A DNA stretch of 64,000 nucleotides from the human T2T-CHM13v2.0 reference genome, Homo sapiens. The stretch lies in the NCBI RefSeq assembly GCF_009914755.1, contig NC_060926.1; one strand, given 5' to 3'. Of the stretch, positions 28,391-44,260 are shown one piece after another. Under the pieces are notes generated by a model that worked only from the letters and a program-made list of their open reading frames with translations, was not told the DNA's origin and did no database searches. The translations under genes were made by a program, and so were the position numbers. How positions within the stretch are numbered: the first letter of the stretch is position 1; each line of letters starts with the position of its first letter.

Positions 28391-28754
28391 ACAACCAGAG
28401 GCTCCCCTCCCTTGCCTGCTCCTGCCTGGAGGACCCCCCGAGCATCCAGCCCCTCTCTCCAGTCAGTGGGGGAAGGGAGGCTGGGACCTGCTCAGCAGTC
28501 GTCCTGGTGGAGAGGGACACACATAGCAGGGGCTAGAACAAGTCACCCTCACCAGAGCAAGGCCAGGCCCGGTTCTGCCAGGGGGCTGAGGATGAGAGCT
28601 CCAGTCCCAGCATTGCCCCTTGCTAATTGAGGTTTCTTAACCTCTCTGACCTTCTACACAGTGTGGTTAATAATGACCGCCATGCTGCCTTCACAGAGGG
28701 TTTTCAAGATGTAAAAGGGGGAACAAATATAAAAATGCTTAGCAAAACGATGCA

Positions 28755-28930
28755 AGGCTTTTACGTGGAAATTACAAAACCTCACTGAAAGAAATTAAAG
28801 AACTAAATAAACAGAAAGACGTCCTATGTGTATGGATTGCAAGATTCAACATGGGGAAGATTTTAAATTGTTCCTATTATTAATAATTCCCAAATTGATG
28901 TAGAGATTCAATGAAACATTAGGTTTAAAC
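28755..28930 (+). mobile_element. L1M ORF2 fragment
   Basis: 'tacaaaacctcactgaaagaaattaaagaactaaataaacagaaagac...ttcccaaattgatgtagagattcaatg'. Confidence 0.7.
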
Positions 28931-29344
28931 AAATTCTTATGGTCAGAGAACCAGAAGGCTTTTGGACAGCAAATATAGTACATGTGTCTCTGAAATGTGT
29001 CTTAAAATTGAGGGTGTGTCATACTTTAAGCGTCACAGAGCCCCTTCAGCTGGGGTCCTCTCATGAGGTCAAGGGGTGTGCCCTCCCAGAGCCCATGCTC
29101 CTCCCCACATTTCCAGGGCCTTCTTGAACTTCTTCCCAGGGTCTGCCCTCCTGAGGCTGACCTGGTTTGCATATCCCATGGGGCAGCTGTTCGTGGGACA
29201 AGGGGATGTGGACGATGGCAGGCTGGGACACAGCATGTATGCATGAATGTGTGCATACTTAGGGTACAGAGCAGAAGGGGGCAGGTGGGGCTGGCCCACC
29301 CCACACCATTGTGTTGTAGTGCCGAACTCCCAGGAGTCCAAAAA

Positions 29345-29515
29345 TACTAAATTTAAAGCTGGCCTTCCAGATCCTTGTGAAGGCATATTTATAAGAGGCT
29401 GGAACACATTTTATTTAATAGTTTGTCAGCTATATGACTTGCAGATATTTAGACTTAGAGTAGGTGGGCCTCCAATTCTACTCTTGCCTCAGCACCTGGA
29501 AGTATTAGGGTAAGG
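29345..29515. mobile_element. MER96B-like hAT fragment
   Basis: 'gaacacattttatttaatagtttg...gtgggcctccaattctactcttgcc'. Confidence 0.5.
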
Positions 29516-29914
29516 TCTGCAAAGTACCCATTTCTCTGAAAACACCCAGCTCAGGAATTGGTACAGGGAGTCCCCTTTCTGGAAGGCCCTCCCCCACGTC
29601 TGCCTGGCCTATCCGGTTCTTCCCTCAAGTTTCAGCCCAGATTCTGACTCTTCCGAGCAGACAGGCCCCCGTGGCCTTTATTCCTTCCCTCCCAGCACTG
29701 TCTGGCCAGCATGTGCGGTCGCGTGAAGACCTGCTAACAGCAGGAGCTGGGGACTCCCTGAAGGCGCTGACCTCGGCCGACTCCCCCAAGAATTCCCAGA
29801 CCCTGGCACGGGTGCCGGCACATGTGCTGCCCAGGGCAGGCTCGGTGGACACATCTACAGTTCATTCTCCCACTTTAGTCCATTTGCTTAAGACACCCTT
29901 CCCTGGCAATCGGT

Positions 29915-30062
29915 AAGGTGCACACATACTGCCTGGGGCTCTCATTAAACTGCAGATTCCAGTTCTGTAGGTCTGGGAGGGGCCTATGATTGTGCAGTTC
30001 TAACCAGCTCCCAGGTGAGGCCAATGCTGCTGGCTCAGGGACCACACTTTTCACAGTGAAGC
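29915..30062. mobile_element. MER5A-like hAT element
   Basis: 'taggtctgggaggggcctatgattgtgcagttctaaccagctcccaggtga...ggaccacacttt'. Confidence 0.7.
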
Positions 30063-30722
30063 TTTAGAGCTCATTATCTTCCAGGAAGACAAATGCAATA
30101 CAGGTGTTGCCTGTAGCCAATGCTTCAGCAAATGCTATGGATGCTGCGACTCTGAAACTGGCTGCACCTGCCCAGCAGTCCTGTGAGAGAGTCTGTTAAT
30201 AAGTAGCAAAGTAGACTCCTCACTGAGGAGGGCAGTTCAGGGACTCGGAAGTCAGGGATGCCCAGAAGGTACACAAGGGGGCTGGGAATCCAGGCTGCAA
30301 CCTCTAGGCCCAGAGGCCTGGGTGCCAGGCTCAACACAGTTGCTGCTCGCCCAGTGACCTCACGTGAGACACCTCCTCTCTCTGGGCCTCTGCACCTACT
30401 CTGGGTGGTACTATCTGCCATGAGAGTGAGATGGGAAACTCTTCCAAAGAAAGGAGGGCTGGATGCTGGTGAGTTGGCATTATTGGCAAGAGCAGATATG
30501 ATCAGCCCTGACCATGGGCCAAACACCATTCTGCCCACTTTCTCTGTATCAGTGTGTTTAACCCTCAGGGCGACCCTCAGAGGTGGGCACTGTTCTTATT
30601 ACCTTTTCACACAAGAGAAAACTGAAGCCCAGAGGACGCAATTGCTGTTAAGACCCCAGGCAGTCTGGCTCCCAGCCTTCTACTGAACCCTCTTGTCACT
30701 CTGCCTCTCCAGCCTGAAGCTC

Positions 30723-31251
30723 TGGAACCGTAATAGGTTCATGGCCTGACCCGTGCAGGAAGTCAATATGCAAGATGCCGCATTGCAGCAGAGAGAGAGG
30801 TCTAATCAATGCAGGGCCACCAAGTGAGGAGATGGGAGGAAACCCCCAATCCATCATCTCCCCAGGGAGTTCGGGGCTCGAATTTTTAAGGGTTTTGAAG
30901 TGGGTCAAAGTGTGGAGGTCCTTGATTGGTCGAAGAGTGCAGTCACGGGACAAGGAGATGAAGAAACCTCACTGTCACGCGGATTCCGTTCCTCTGTGGG
31001 GGTCTTCGAGCTGGTTGGCATCAGCTGTTCTGATGGAATTCAGGATCTGCTTAAGCAATTCTTAAACAAAATTCCTATGATTCTAAGGTCAGAGATCCTA
31101 TCAATAGGAACCATGGGGATGTGAACTGTCCGTACCTAGGGCTACGTGACTTTTGGTTACAAGGAAGTGGGTCAAAGTACAGCCTGATGAATGCTTAATT
31201 ATAGCTATATGACTGTCCGCAGTTCTTGTTAACCCTGTGAGGCTGGCTTCA
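30723..31251 (-). mobile_element. ERV1 (MER4-group) solo LTR
   Basis: About 530 bp with TG...CA ends; 'gcagcagagagagaggtctaatc...gaggagatgggaggaaacc...ttgattggtcgaagagtgcag...ttaaccctgtgaggctggcttca'. Exact family uncertain. Confidence 0.7.
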
Positions 31252-31751
31252 GCTGGGTCTGCACTAGGTTAAGAAAGGGAGAAGAAGGGTGGGGACCTCA
31301 GCCCTTCCTTCCTGCCCAGACCACAGCCTGCAAACCTCCTCGGGTCCCCTCTGGCTCCAGGGCTCTCGCTGCAGACAGATCAGAAAGGACTCTGGGTCTG
31401 TCCCACCCCAGCCAGGCAGCCCAGAGCCCTCAGAGCAGGTGCTGCCCAAATGTTCCTGGGCATGGTGGGACCTTCTGCTAGGCAGGCTCTTCCTCATAGA
31501 TTTGGGGGCTGCTTGTTTTAGGTTTAAAACAACCTGAGCTTCCCCCAGCCAAGTCCCTATCTCATCGTGTTGCCGTGGTCTGTTTGCCTGTCTGTCTTGT
31601 CCCCTAAACTTTGCACTCTCAGAAACGGGGCTGTGTTCCCTCCTCCCTAGGTCTCCAGCTCAGTGTCTTGCACACAGTGGGTGGTGAACTGACTTGCTCC
31701 TAGTTTCCCCTCTAGAGGTGCTGGGATGCAGTGACAACGCGCTTCCAGATC

Positions 31752-31770
31752 TTGCCACCAGAGGGCAGGA
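31752..31770 (+). promoter_or_regulatory. CTCF motif TTGCCACCAGAGGGCAGGA
   Basis: Core CCACCAGAGGGCAG, with an upstream-module-like GCGCTTCC 5 bp upstream, in a locally CpG-rich patch. Confidence 0.65.
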
Positions 31771-32329
31771 GCGCACAGCAGCCGAGTGTGAGCAGCGCGG
31801 CAGAGAGCAGGTCGGGCTGGGTGGGTCCCTGGACATCCAGCCGGCAGGGCAGGGAAGGGCCAGGCGCAGAGGGTAAATGAGGACAGGGCCTTGGGGGAGT
31901 CTCTTCATTTCCCATGCCGATTCCAGAGACTTCTTTTCTCTTCCTTCCCTTCCATTCCCCTGCCATCTCTTTTCCACTCCCTCCCCTTCCATGTTGACCA
32001 GGGTCCAATTTTGACTTTGTGTGACTTTGGGCCAGAAACCTCTTCTCTCTAAGTTGTAGTTTCCTCGTCTGTAAAATGGGGAAGTAGTGCTACCCAATTC
32101 TGGGCAGTTCCCTATCTTCCCTTCCTCAGGCTTTGGGACCCTCTGTAGGGCCACGCTTCTCGGCTCTTAGTGGGGAGCTCCAGACTGTGACCCAGGCAAA
32201 GCCAGGGGCCCTTTGAAGTGAGCTGCCTCCTCTGCCCCCTGCCTGGGAGAGGACACCTGCAGGCCTGGCCCTGTGGGGCCAGGTGGGCTGGCAGAGTGGA
32301 TGGGCTGGGAGCTGTGGCAGCTGTGCCGG

Positions 32330-32452
32330 GTACACACAGGACATCAGCTGGGCCTGTTCCACTCAAGCATAGATGAGCAGGCAGGCATGAATGAATGAAT
32401 GAATGAATGAATGAATGAATGAATGAAGAGTGAATGAATGAGTGAATGAATG
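32330..32452 (+). repeat. L2 3' end with (TGAA)n
   Basis: (TGAA)n run at 32388-32452. Confidence 0.75.
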
Positions 32453-34074
32453 GGAGAAATTCAGGCATGGCTTCAGAATACTTGTAGCAAAGGGATTTTC
32501 ATACCCACTGCCAGTGGAACCTGGAAGCCTCCTAAGCCTCTCGGAGCCCAGCTTGAGTGGAGTCCACTGGGGGCTTGTCCTCTTTTTGAAGCCTCTTGTC
32601 CCTTTTGGACTCCTCACTGGCAGAAGCCTAAGAGACCCTTAGTCTAAGCTTTCAGGGGGTGAGAGGAGGAGTCTACTAACTGGGAGGGTTTACCCAACAT
32701 CATTTATTTATTCCTCATCAAACAAACACAACGTAGCCACCCCCTCCGGGACTGTGCCTGTGTCTGTGCTGTGAACATCCCAAGGGACGGTGCAGCTGGT
32801 GGGGGTGGAGGGGCCGGAGTGCTCTGAGGAGCCAGGGAAGGCCTCTCCGAGGAGGGGGCTTTTGAGCAGGAGGCCTGTGCTTTGAGCAGAGATCCCACAG
32901 AGGGTCCCAGGTCAGCTGGACCGGCACTTCAGAGAAGTCACTGACTGAAGAATCAGAGGCAGGGGGCCCCACGAGCCGAGCCGGTCCAGGCCCCAGGGAA
33001 TGAGGGCAAAGCGGCAGCCTGCAGTCGGACAGCAGTGCTGGGTCCAGGGGCTCCTCAGCTCCCACGCCCACTCACAGCGCATTGTCTCCAGGGGAAGGGT
33101 TTCTGGGCGGGCCCAGGAAATGGGGATGTGTCATCCGAGTGGGTGCTCAGTCCCCAGCAGAGCTCACGGCTGACAGCCAGGCCCGTCTCTCCTGTCACTA
33201 GATCCCACCTGCAGGGACTTGCCCAGAGCTGACCTAAATTTCCCGGCCACTCTGTCGACACCTCCAGGGCGGGGCAAGGCATGCCTTCGCAGAAGCCCAA
33301 ACAGAATTCGTGACCAACAGCACAGAGACTCAACCTCCACCCTGGGCTCAAAGGGCTGCTGTGGTGGGCTTCCTGGGCACTGCCTGACCCTGAGCTCTCC
33401 CGGAAGCTGGCCTCTCAGTGGGTGGGGGCAGACAGCACCCGGGGAGGATGTAGAAACATGGCAGACATGGGGATCTAGGGCAGAGGGTGCCGTGTGTGTG
33501 TTCGAGGCCCGTTTCCTCTTTGTGAGTCTTCCAGTTTGCTTTTCAGGGAAATAGACTCATTTCAGACCCAGGAGAAACGGTGGGCTTCAGCAGGGCTGCC
33601 CCGGGGCCCACCTCCCGGAGCCTTGCTCCCTGCTTCATCCAGGCACCTGGCTCTCCTGCTGCCCTGGGGAAGTCAGAGCCTCCTATCTTGGCAGAAGCCC
33701 CCACCCCCAACCTCCGCACACTCAGTTCTCTTGCCACACAGCCTAGAAAATTCTGCCTCTGGCTTGGGGCTCCATTTGCTGAGCCAAGATGAGGCATGAA
33801 TCACAGGGCTGCGAGCTGCCTGAGGCTGTCTGGAACCCGCAGACCTCAGAGCCCGCAGAACTGCAGCCCCTTCCCCCACCACATCCCTGGGCCATGTCGT
33901 CGCCGGCTTCTCGGCTCTTCTCTCACTGAGCCTGCCGTAGTTAAAACAGTTCCAACCTCAAGGCAGCTCAGGTCTTGGGAGCCCAGACAGCTCCTGGGGG
34001 TTTGTCGGCCTGATCAGAATAAGCAAATAGTATTCTTTTTAGATTTATTTTCTTGGATTACAAACTCACAATTA

Positions 34075-34396
<322 letters not shown>

Positions 34397-35690
34397 CTAA
34401 ATAATTTTGGACTCCCAAACAGATCCAGAGGGACTCCAGTTTGAGCCATGTTGAGGGAACAGGGATTTGGCATGGGATCAGCCTGGGGCTGGCTGTGCAG
34501 CGTTTGAGGGGCCACCTTCTCTGAGCCAGTTATCTGAGGTGCTGCCTTCTCTGAGCCTTGTTTCTGAATCTAAGGCTCCTCGTAGCTCTGGCATCCTTGC
34601 CTCTGATTCCTCGGAAATGTCCCAGGCCCTGCAGCTGACACTGGGCTCCAGGCAAGGCTCTTGGCTGTGTCTGGAGGGGCTGTGGGCCAGCCTCTTGGCA
34701 TTGGTAGGCCAGCAGCCCAGGAAAGCTCCGTGTTCCCCATCAAGGAGGGGACAGGCATCTGGGCAGCGCAGGGTGCTGTCCCTAGGGGGAATGCCAGCCA
34801 CATCCTCTAGGGCCCTGGGAGAGAAGTCCCGAGAGCCCAGTACTTTCTCCTCCGTGGCCCACCTGAAACCTGGCCTCAGCTCTTCCCCTGAAGCCGGGAA
34901 AGGGCACTGCCTTAGTTTCTTACAAGAGGATGGGGAAAAAGAAATGTGAGAGCTAGAGAAACGGCTCCAGGGACCGAGCCCAGCGCTTTCTCTGCACACA
35001 CAGCCACTGTAGACATTTGGACTGGAAGGTCTTCGGCACACACTTGGCCGATTGCTCCACATAAGACGGCGGGCCCAGGTTCAAGGTGCACTGTCAGGGA
35101 CACCTGGGCTTCTTGGCTCCCAGCCAGACGTTGGGCAACAGCTCCAATACCTGTGCACCTCAGCATCCACATCTGCCCGTGCTCTCTGAGAATTAGGCCA
35201 TGGAATCAACACCTAAGCATCCAGGAAGAGGTGGGAGAGTCACTCAAGAAGCAGGGCTGGCCACATTCGCTACCTGCCTGCATTTCCTCTTCCTATCAGT
35301 ATCCCAGGGTGCAAAATTGGAATGACCTCTTCCACACAGGAGAGGGTCTGGTGGGACCACCATTCGAGGCCCTCTCTCCCCACCTGCCCCCTGCCCCTGC
35401 CACCCACTTGCAGGTAAGGGACAGGCTCCTACGCAGCCTGGTCAGTCACTGCTCCCTCCTGGAGTCTGGCTATTGAAAAGAGGGACAAAGAAACTGGCTG
35501 CGGTGCCTCAGTCCTCTCGAGGGGCTAAGAGACAGCTGCCTGCCCTGATTGCTGGGCTCTGAGTCAGAGGTTGCGATCCCTGCTCCAAAGCCTCTGGAAT
35601 TATCCTGGGTGTTGGCCATGCCCAAGCCTGAGTTCCAGCCCCCTCTGAACTTGGTTCCTGTTATTATTTGAATTATGTTCCGTTATGGCG

Positions 35691-36895
<1,205 letters not shown>

Positions 36896-36897
36896 TG

Positions 36898-37123
36898 AAG
36901 AAGGAATTCTTGAGACTGCAACACAGAAGTCCTGCCTGAGTTTCCAACCTGCCGTCCTGTTGAGTTTGGACTCAAGCTGCAACATCAACTCGCCTGAATG
37001 TTCAGCCTGCCAGCCTGCTGGCCAAATTTCAGATTTGCCAGCCCCCACAATTGTGTGAGATCATTGTTAAAGTCAGTCTGTCTGTCTGCTTCAGTCTCTG
37101 TTTCTCTTGAGAACCCTAGTACA
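36898..37123 (+). mobile_element. MLT2 (ERVL) LTR, 3' part
   Basis: 'tttcagatttgccagcccccacaattgtgtgag...tctgtttctcttgagaaccctagtaca'. Confidence 0.72.
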
Positions 37124-40100
37124 GTCTCCCATATATCCTTCCAATAAATTAACTTTTGCTCAAGTTCATTTAAGTTTTATTGGTTTGCAATTAAAAAAAC
37201 CCGATATGACAGAATGAGAGATTCTTCTATTTTAATTGAACTTATTAACACAGCTTTTAAAAGTGCTAATCAGAACAGCCAAGTGCTTATTTAAGCTTGG
37301 AAACAGAAAAAGGAGACCCACCAAGGCTGGAGCTGGCAAGATCCCTCCCACACAGAGCAAGGAGCTCGGTCAGCAACACTTCATATATCTGTCCAGTTGG
37401 CAAAGCCCCTCTGTCCAGGAGTATCAGCTACAATGGTCTGACGCAATTGAATATCCCAGTGGCCCAATTCCCATGTTCCGATTCCATGTTTACCAAGCAA
37501 ACTTCTGCTTCCTAGAAAGAAAAATGCTCTGGTCATGCCTATGCAAAAAGTCAGTTCTTCTAACATTCATGCCTCAACATAAATTGTATACATCACTCAC
37601 AAACGTTTGTTCTGTGTGGGTCCTCCCCCGAGAGACAGATTCATCTTGGCAAGTTGACAATTCTTGTTCTGAGCCTGCAAGACTCTGAGCATCTGGAGGC
37701 TCTGTTGGGTAAACCTTTTAAGGTTCAGAGTGCTGAGCCCTGCAGCAGCCTTTCTGGGAGGGAGTGTGCCATCCATTCCCTGCTGGGCACAGCCCCTCCC
37801 TGGCCTGACCTGCCTGCCTGCCTGCCTGCCTCCCCAGACCCCCCTTGTCTCTGGGCTCCCCCAGAGGAAAGGCTACCATGTTGTTGCTCCATTTACCATT
37901 AAGTGGCTTCCTTCAGAATGACACCCAAGTCCCTGCAGTGGCTGTCTTCATTTTCCTCCCATTCTGGGACTCTGCCCACGGGCCTCGCCTCCCCACAGGC
38001 CTCAGTGCTAACAGCCTACCTTGACCTGGTGTCATCATGGAAGACCCACGACAAACCACCTCTGCTTGAAAGCAGAGTTCACCCTCAGCCCCAATCACAG
38101 GAGGTGCTGCTTCTAAACACCTGGTCACTGGCCCTCCCCAACCACCAGGTCCTGCAAGCCTCCATCTCTCCTGTCTTCTCTGCCTCCCTGCATTTAGCTT
38201 CTGGGCTGCTGGCTCTTCACAGTTTATCCTCTCCCTCAGCCTCCTTAGGGCCCACCCACATCACACGCCTGCTGGCCCTGCAGTCAAGCTCTTGCCTTTG
38301 AGGCCAGCCTGGACTGGTCACCCTGCCCTTGTCAAAGCCCCAGCTTCTGTGCACTCCACTCTGGACAGCCTGACACACCCACTTCTGAGGTGAGCCTGGC
38401 AAAGACCTGGAGCCTCTGCCCTCCACCTTGATTTCTTCTCCCAAGCCCTGTCTCTGCCTCAGTTAGAACCCAACTCCAGTCCTGCCTCTGACCCTGGAGC
38501 TGACCTCAGTCCTAGGCAGGCCAATGGGAACACAGAAAGAGCATTGGCTCCAGTGGAGATGGCAGATTGGCTCATGTGTTTATCACCTATGGTTTCCCAA
38601 GCCCCGCAGGAGGACAGGGCACAGAGACGAGGAGACAAGAGCAGGTGAGAGTTCACCGACTCTTTGCAAGATGGGAAACCAAGAGAACCACGGCAGGCCA
38701 CTCAGCAGCACCGATGTCAGACCTCCGGGCATGCAGCACACGGTCAGGGCCAGCTTTGCCCTGAAGAACCACTGAGACTCCCGAAGCACCTGCAGCAGAG
38801 GGGACCCCAGAAGCCTGGCATGGACAAGAGAGGTGTGGTGGCAAGTCTTTAAGAGAGAGCCCGTCCCTCGGTCGGCATCCCATTCCATGCAGCCGGGAGA
38901 CTGTCCTGTCCCCACCCCATGGGAGGCCACAGTTAGTCTCTAGAGAAACTGAGCCCAAAATGCTCTACACGTGCCGACAGGCTCAGAAATGGGATAAAGT
39001 CAGTGCGGGAGTAAGCCGAAGTCTCCACATCCACTGGAAAGCCCTCGGCTCCTGCCTCAGCTTTGCTCCCTGGAGTAGACGCTGTCCGGGCTCCACCCAG
39101 GTGGCCTCGGATCCCTGGACTCTCTTGGGGTGCCCATCCCTCAGCGTCTGCCTCTGGGGCTTCCCACGGCTTGCCCTGCAGCTCACCCTGGAAACTGGCC
39201 GTGGGCCCTGCATCCACTTGGCCTGCACTCGCTCCATCCCCCAGGGTGGCCCTCAGACAATGACTGGGGGTTGTGCTGCCTTAGTTATCCATCCAGAAGC
39301 TTCCATTTGAGCAATCTACCTGGAGCGAGTGCAGCCCCGTCACTGCGGCTTGGATCTCACCATGCTGGCGTGGCTGCCTCCTCCCCACTGGTTTAAGAGC
39401 TGTGGCCACCAAGGCCATCATCCCTGCCCCCACGTCCCTACCTCTTTATAAATGTCATTTCCTTTCCTAAGAGGTTCACCCTCTTTTTAAAACTTTGGTT
39501 GTTTCCCACTGCAGCCAGAGCCCAGCAGCAGGTGACCTGTGGCCCTGCCCCAGCAAGGCCGTCTCCACCCCTTCTGGCGCTGGGGACTCTTCTCATCTCC
39601 TCCCTCCGCGTGTCCGGCGGGCACCCCTTCTGTGTTCTGCCTATTCTGGAAAGCCTGGAGCGGATGCCCCTGTGCCTTCCTTTGCCCCAGACTGGGCTCC
39701 CCAGCAAGAGGGGCATAGAGACAAACTGGTGGTGCTTGGCCAAGTAGCTGTTCCAGAAATGTGTGTCAGGTGCAGATATGTGGATGTCTGGAGATACATT
39801 TGAGGTTCTGTGAGAGCCACATCTTAGTTCCCCTGCTCCTCTGGGACCTTGGGCCCCAGTGCCCTCACAGGCATTGCCCAGGTCAGGGTCGAGGTGGCAC
39901 AGTCACTAAGGTCACTCTGATGGCAAATCTCCCCCAACGCCACCCTGCCACCCAGGGTCCCTCTCTCCACATGGGCCAGCTCCATGTGCTTCTCTCCCCC
40001 CACAGCCCCTTCCTTCTCCTCTACTCTCACTCACAAGGGCCGGCTCAGCCCCCTTTTGGGGTTTTGGTTGTAAGGACAGAGTGGCTGGGGGAGTGGCAGC

Positions 40101-42415
40101 TCCACGCAAGAGGACCCCACATCCATTTCTGGCCTAGTGCTGCCACCCCTCACTGCTGACTCCAGTACAACCTCCTCCCCACACAGATAATCGTATCTCA
40201 AAGCACAAGTTTCCAATCACACAGCAACCTTCTAGAAAGCCAGTGGTGCTACTGAAAAGCCCTGGAGCCCAGAAGGAAGGCTCTAGCTCTCCCCACCCAC
40301 CCAGAACTCTCTGGGCCTTGGTTCCTGCGTGCCCAGTGCTGGGCACAGCCACCGCATGAAGGGGCCCTTAGGAGTGGCTGTGGGTATTCATGGTGCTGCG
40401 TCTGCTTGCCATGAAAAGGTGCCACAACCTTGCAGGGACCTTCCTGGATGTGGACAACCAGCCCCAGGCTTGGCATGCCAGGGTATCTCCTTTTCTGCAC
40501 CCCTCTCATCACCCTGTGTCCACTTCAACGTCACCTGTTTCCCCTTGGTGTGACCCTGGGAAATTCTGGGTGTCCTCGGGCCTCAGTTTCTCCTCTGGAA
40601 CGTGGAGGATGTAGTAGTGAGGACACCAAGACACCCTGGGACACTGTTTACACCCCGCACAGGCCTGGCCACCGTGGGGGTCTTTGTTCGCCGGTGCTGG
40701 AGGGCAATGGGTAGGCTCCCCTAAGACACAGGCAAAGTAAGCGATGCAGCACGCCCCACCCCCCTCCCCCCCACCCGCCGCCGGAAAGACACTCAGGTCA
40801 AGCAGGTTTGGGTGCCTGGCAAGGCAGCGGGAGAGTTTCAGGCCTGTACCCCTCCAATTTCCTCCTGGTCTTTCTCTCTGACACAGCACTGGCTGGTTCC
40901 AGAAGACCCCTCTGCCCTTCACACTGAGACCCTCTCCCAGGCAGGGAACGAGAGGCCGAGATTGACAAGAAGCCACTGGGTGCAGCAGGCAGCCCTGCTC
41001 CGCTCTGGCCTGGCTATGGGATGCTGGCCAAGAAATTCAACCTGTGAGCAGGAAAACAGGCAAAACCTGCCAGACCATTCCCTCTGAGAGGACGCACTCT
41101 TGTGTCTGTGATGAGCCCACATGGTGCTGAGCACAGAGATGCCCCAGCAGAGTGGCTGACATGCCCTTACCCTCAGAGATGGCCGAGCTGAGTGCCTAAA
41201 GCCTCCCAAGCAGGCCTGGGATTCACTCTGATCCAACCAACATGGGTGTTGCCCTAATTGTCGCTTTCCTCTGCCTTGAGAACCCTGGGAATCTGTGGGT
41301 GAAAACAAGCGGGCCTCACACAGCCCCCAAGCAGGACGCACCCAGCCTCTGGAGCAAACAGTGATACAGGCTGCCTGGGCCCAGCCCAGCTAAGGGAGAT
41401 GGGACCTGCTGCCCTGACCCCTAGGGCAGGGGCTGGGGGTCTCGGGTGTCCCAACATGACGTTCCTGAGTCATGGCCTGGATTACCCCAGGGGGCTGGCT
41501 TGGAACATGCACAGGACACGGGCGCAGCAACCAGGCAGGTGCTCGCAGCTGGCAACAGGTGTCCTGGCTGCACCCAGCCGAGGAGGGGGGTCACAGGGCG
41601 TGGCCGGGTGACAGGCAAAACTCTGAGCAGACAGGCAGGGCTGACGGGTGGGTGTGTGTGCTTACACCCACTTGCACTCTCAGTCTCGCTCTGTCTCGAA
41701 CACACACACACTGCACATGCACATAAGCAAACACACACACAAACACAGACATGCACCCAAGAACATGAGGGCACACATGCAGACAGGGCGGTTTCTGCAG
41801 CTCTCCCTTGTTCTCCAGGTGCTCTCTAGGACCCGGGACGCCTTCTGCTGTGGCCACTGCTTCTCCCTGTATGAGCTTCTGATGGGCAGTGATGGTCTCC
41901 TGGCACAGGTGCCCAGTAAAGGTCTGCAGCAAGGATGGGTGGATGGGTGAAGAGACGATGGGTAGGAGTGGATTAAGGCAGTCATGGGTGCCTCTCTCCT
42001 TAGTCCTCACAATTTCACTTAGATGGGTTCATAGCAGTGGCTGGAAACAGCTGTCTGTTAACAACAACAACAACAAAAAGCCCACTTCAATGACCTTTAA
42101 AATAACTTCCAAATAACAAGCAGAACTAAAATGTAAAAGTGCTTCTCTCCCTTCTACATGGAAGCACCGGAGGGCATTTCTGACATGGGCGTTTGGGTAG
42201 ATAGACAGCACTTGAATATGGTTGGCCTGGGTGGGTTTATGTTACCACTCCGTGGGAAACTGTCCAACTGTGTTTTTATTTCAGAATTCCCATCCCTGCT
42301 TTTCACAACAGGCATACAAATCTCTCTCCTGGGCTAGGGGATGGTCACAGTGCTCTCTCTCTCTTCCCCTTTCCTCATCTCCCCTCATCATGCACTTATG
42401 GTAAAAAACAAAACA

Positions 42416-42751
<336 letters not shown>

Positions 42752-42791
42752 CTACGTATACCTATCCTATACCTATGAGGTATGACCTTAG

Positions 42792-43158
<367 letters not shown>

Positions 43159-43471
43159 GATTTTTATGAGAACTACATGAATCCAGGTTGGTTTATACTT
43201 TTCTAATTGGGGAGAAATTCCCTTGAGAAAATTCAGAAACACATTGAAGATTTTGGAGCCACAGGATAAACACGTTTCTTCATGTTGAAGTGGCAAAGAT
43301 TTGAAGAAATCATACTGTATTTCCTGTTAAAGCAAACATGACTCAGAATAGAGAATAATGCAGAAATGCAAGAATTTTTAAGCTAAAACTCAGGACTGGA
43401 AAGAAACGTCAAGCTTGGAACTCGTAGTGCCAGGCTCTGCCCCTCATCTCACCAAAGCTCAGTTTCTCCCC

Positions 43472-43910
43472 CGTTCAGGGTTGAATTGTGCCCCCCAAAA
43501 AGAGATGTTTTTGTCCTGACCCCAGTACTTGTGAAGGTGAACCTATTTGGAAACTGAATCTTTGCAGAGTAATCAAGTTCAGATGAGGCCATTAGGACGG
43601 ACTGTCATCCAATACAACTGTCCTTATAAGAGGAAGACAATGGTACATGAGGACAGTGACACACAGGGAGACGCCTCGTGGGGACAGGCAGAGGCCGAGG
43701 CACTGCCGCTGCAGGCCAGGACACCGGGGGCTCCCGGCCAGGCCAGCAGCTGGAAAGGCAGGCAGGATTCTGCCCAGAATATCAGAGGGCCTGGCCCTGC
43801 CCCTGTCTTGATTTTGGACCTCCTGGCTCCCAAACTGTGAGGGAGTAAATGGCGGAGTCTCAGCCACCCCAGTCTGTGCTCTGTGGCAGTGGCGCAGTAT
43901 CACACACTCC
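43472..43910 (+). mobile_element. MLT1C-like MaLR solo LTR
   Basis: 'gggttgaattgtgccccccaaaaagagatgtt...tatttggaaa...ttgattttggacctcctggctcccaaactgtgag'. Confidence 0.78.
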
Positions 43911-44260
43911 CTGACTGGGAAAAGGGTGGGAAGTCCTGCAGCTGGCCAGAGAGAACCGGCAGACCCGTTTCAGTCCCGTTATCCTGCCCCGGCGGCCGGG
44001 CCAGTTCCCCCCGGGAGCCCCGGTGTCCCCCTCCTGTGTGTCCTGCTGGTTCCCGGCAGATGCTCCGGGCGCCACTGCTCTGTTAGCCGCTGTTGGCCTC
44101 CTCCTGTCACATGTTTATGCTTGTAGTAGCAGAATCCAAATCCGGGCCATTATCGCAGGTGGCGGGCCTCAACCTGGCAAGCCTGTGAACCCTTCCCAGT
44201 GCTGCCCTGGAGAAGGGCTGGCCGCTCAGGCCCTCACAGCCTGATTGCTCGGAGAAGCTG
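43670..44260. promoter_or_regulatory. CpG-rich patch, candidate enhancer or promoter
   Basis: Visibly CpG-dense, e.g. 'ccccggcggccgggccagttccccccgggagccccgg'. Not quantified. Confidence 0.4.

Noticed and set aside
34467-35476. 160-194 aa ORFs in unique sequence
   Set aside because: No recognisable homology or exon structure; overlapping ORFs on both strands suggest a GC-content artefact.
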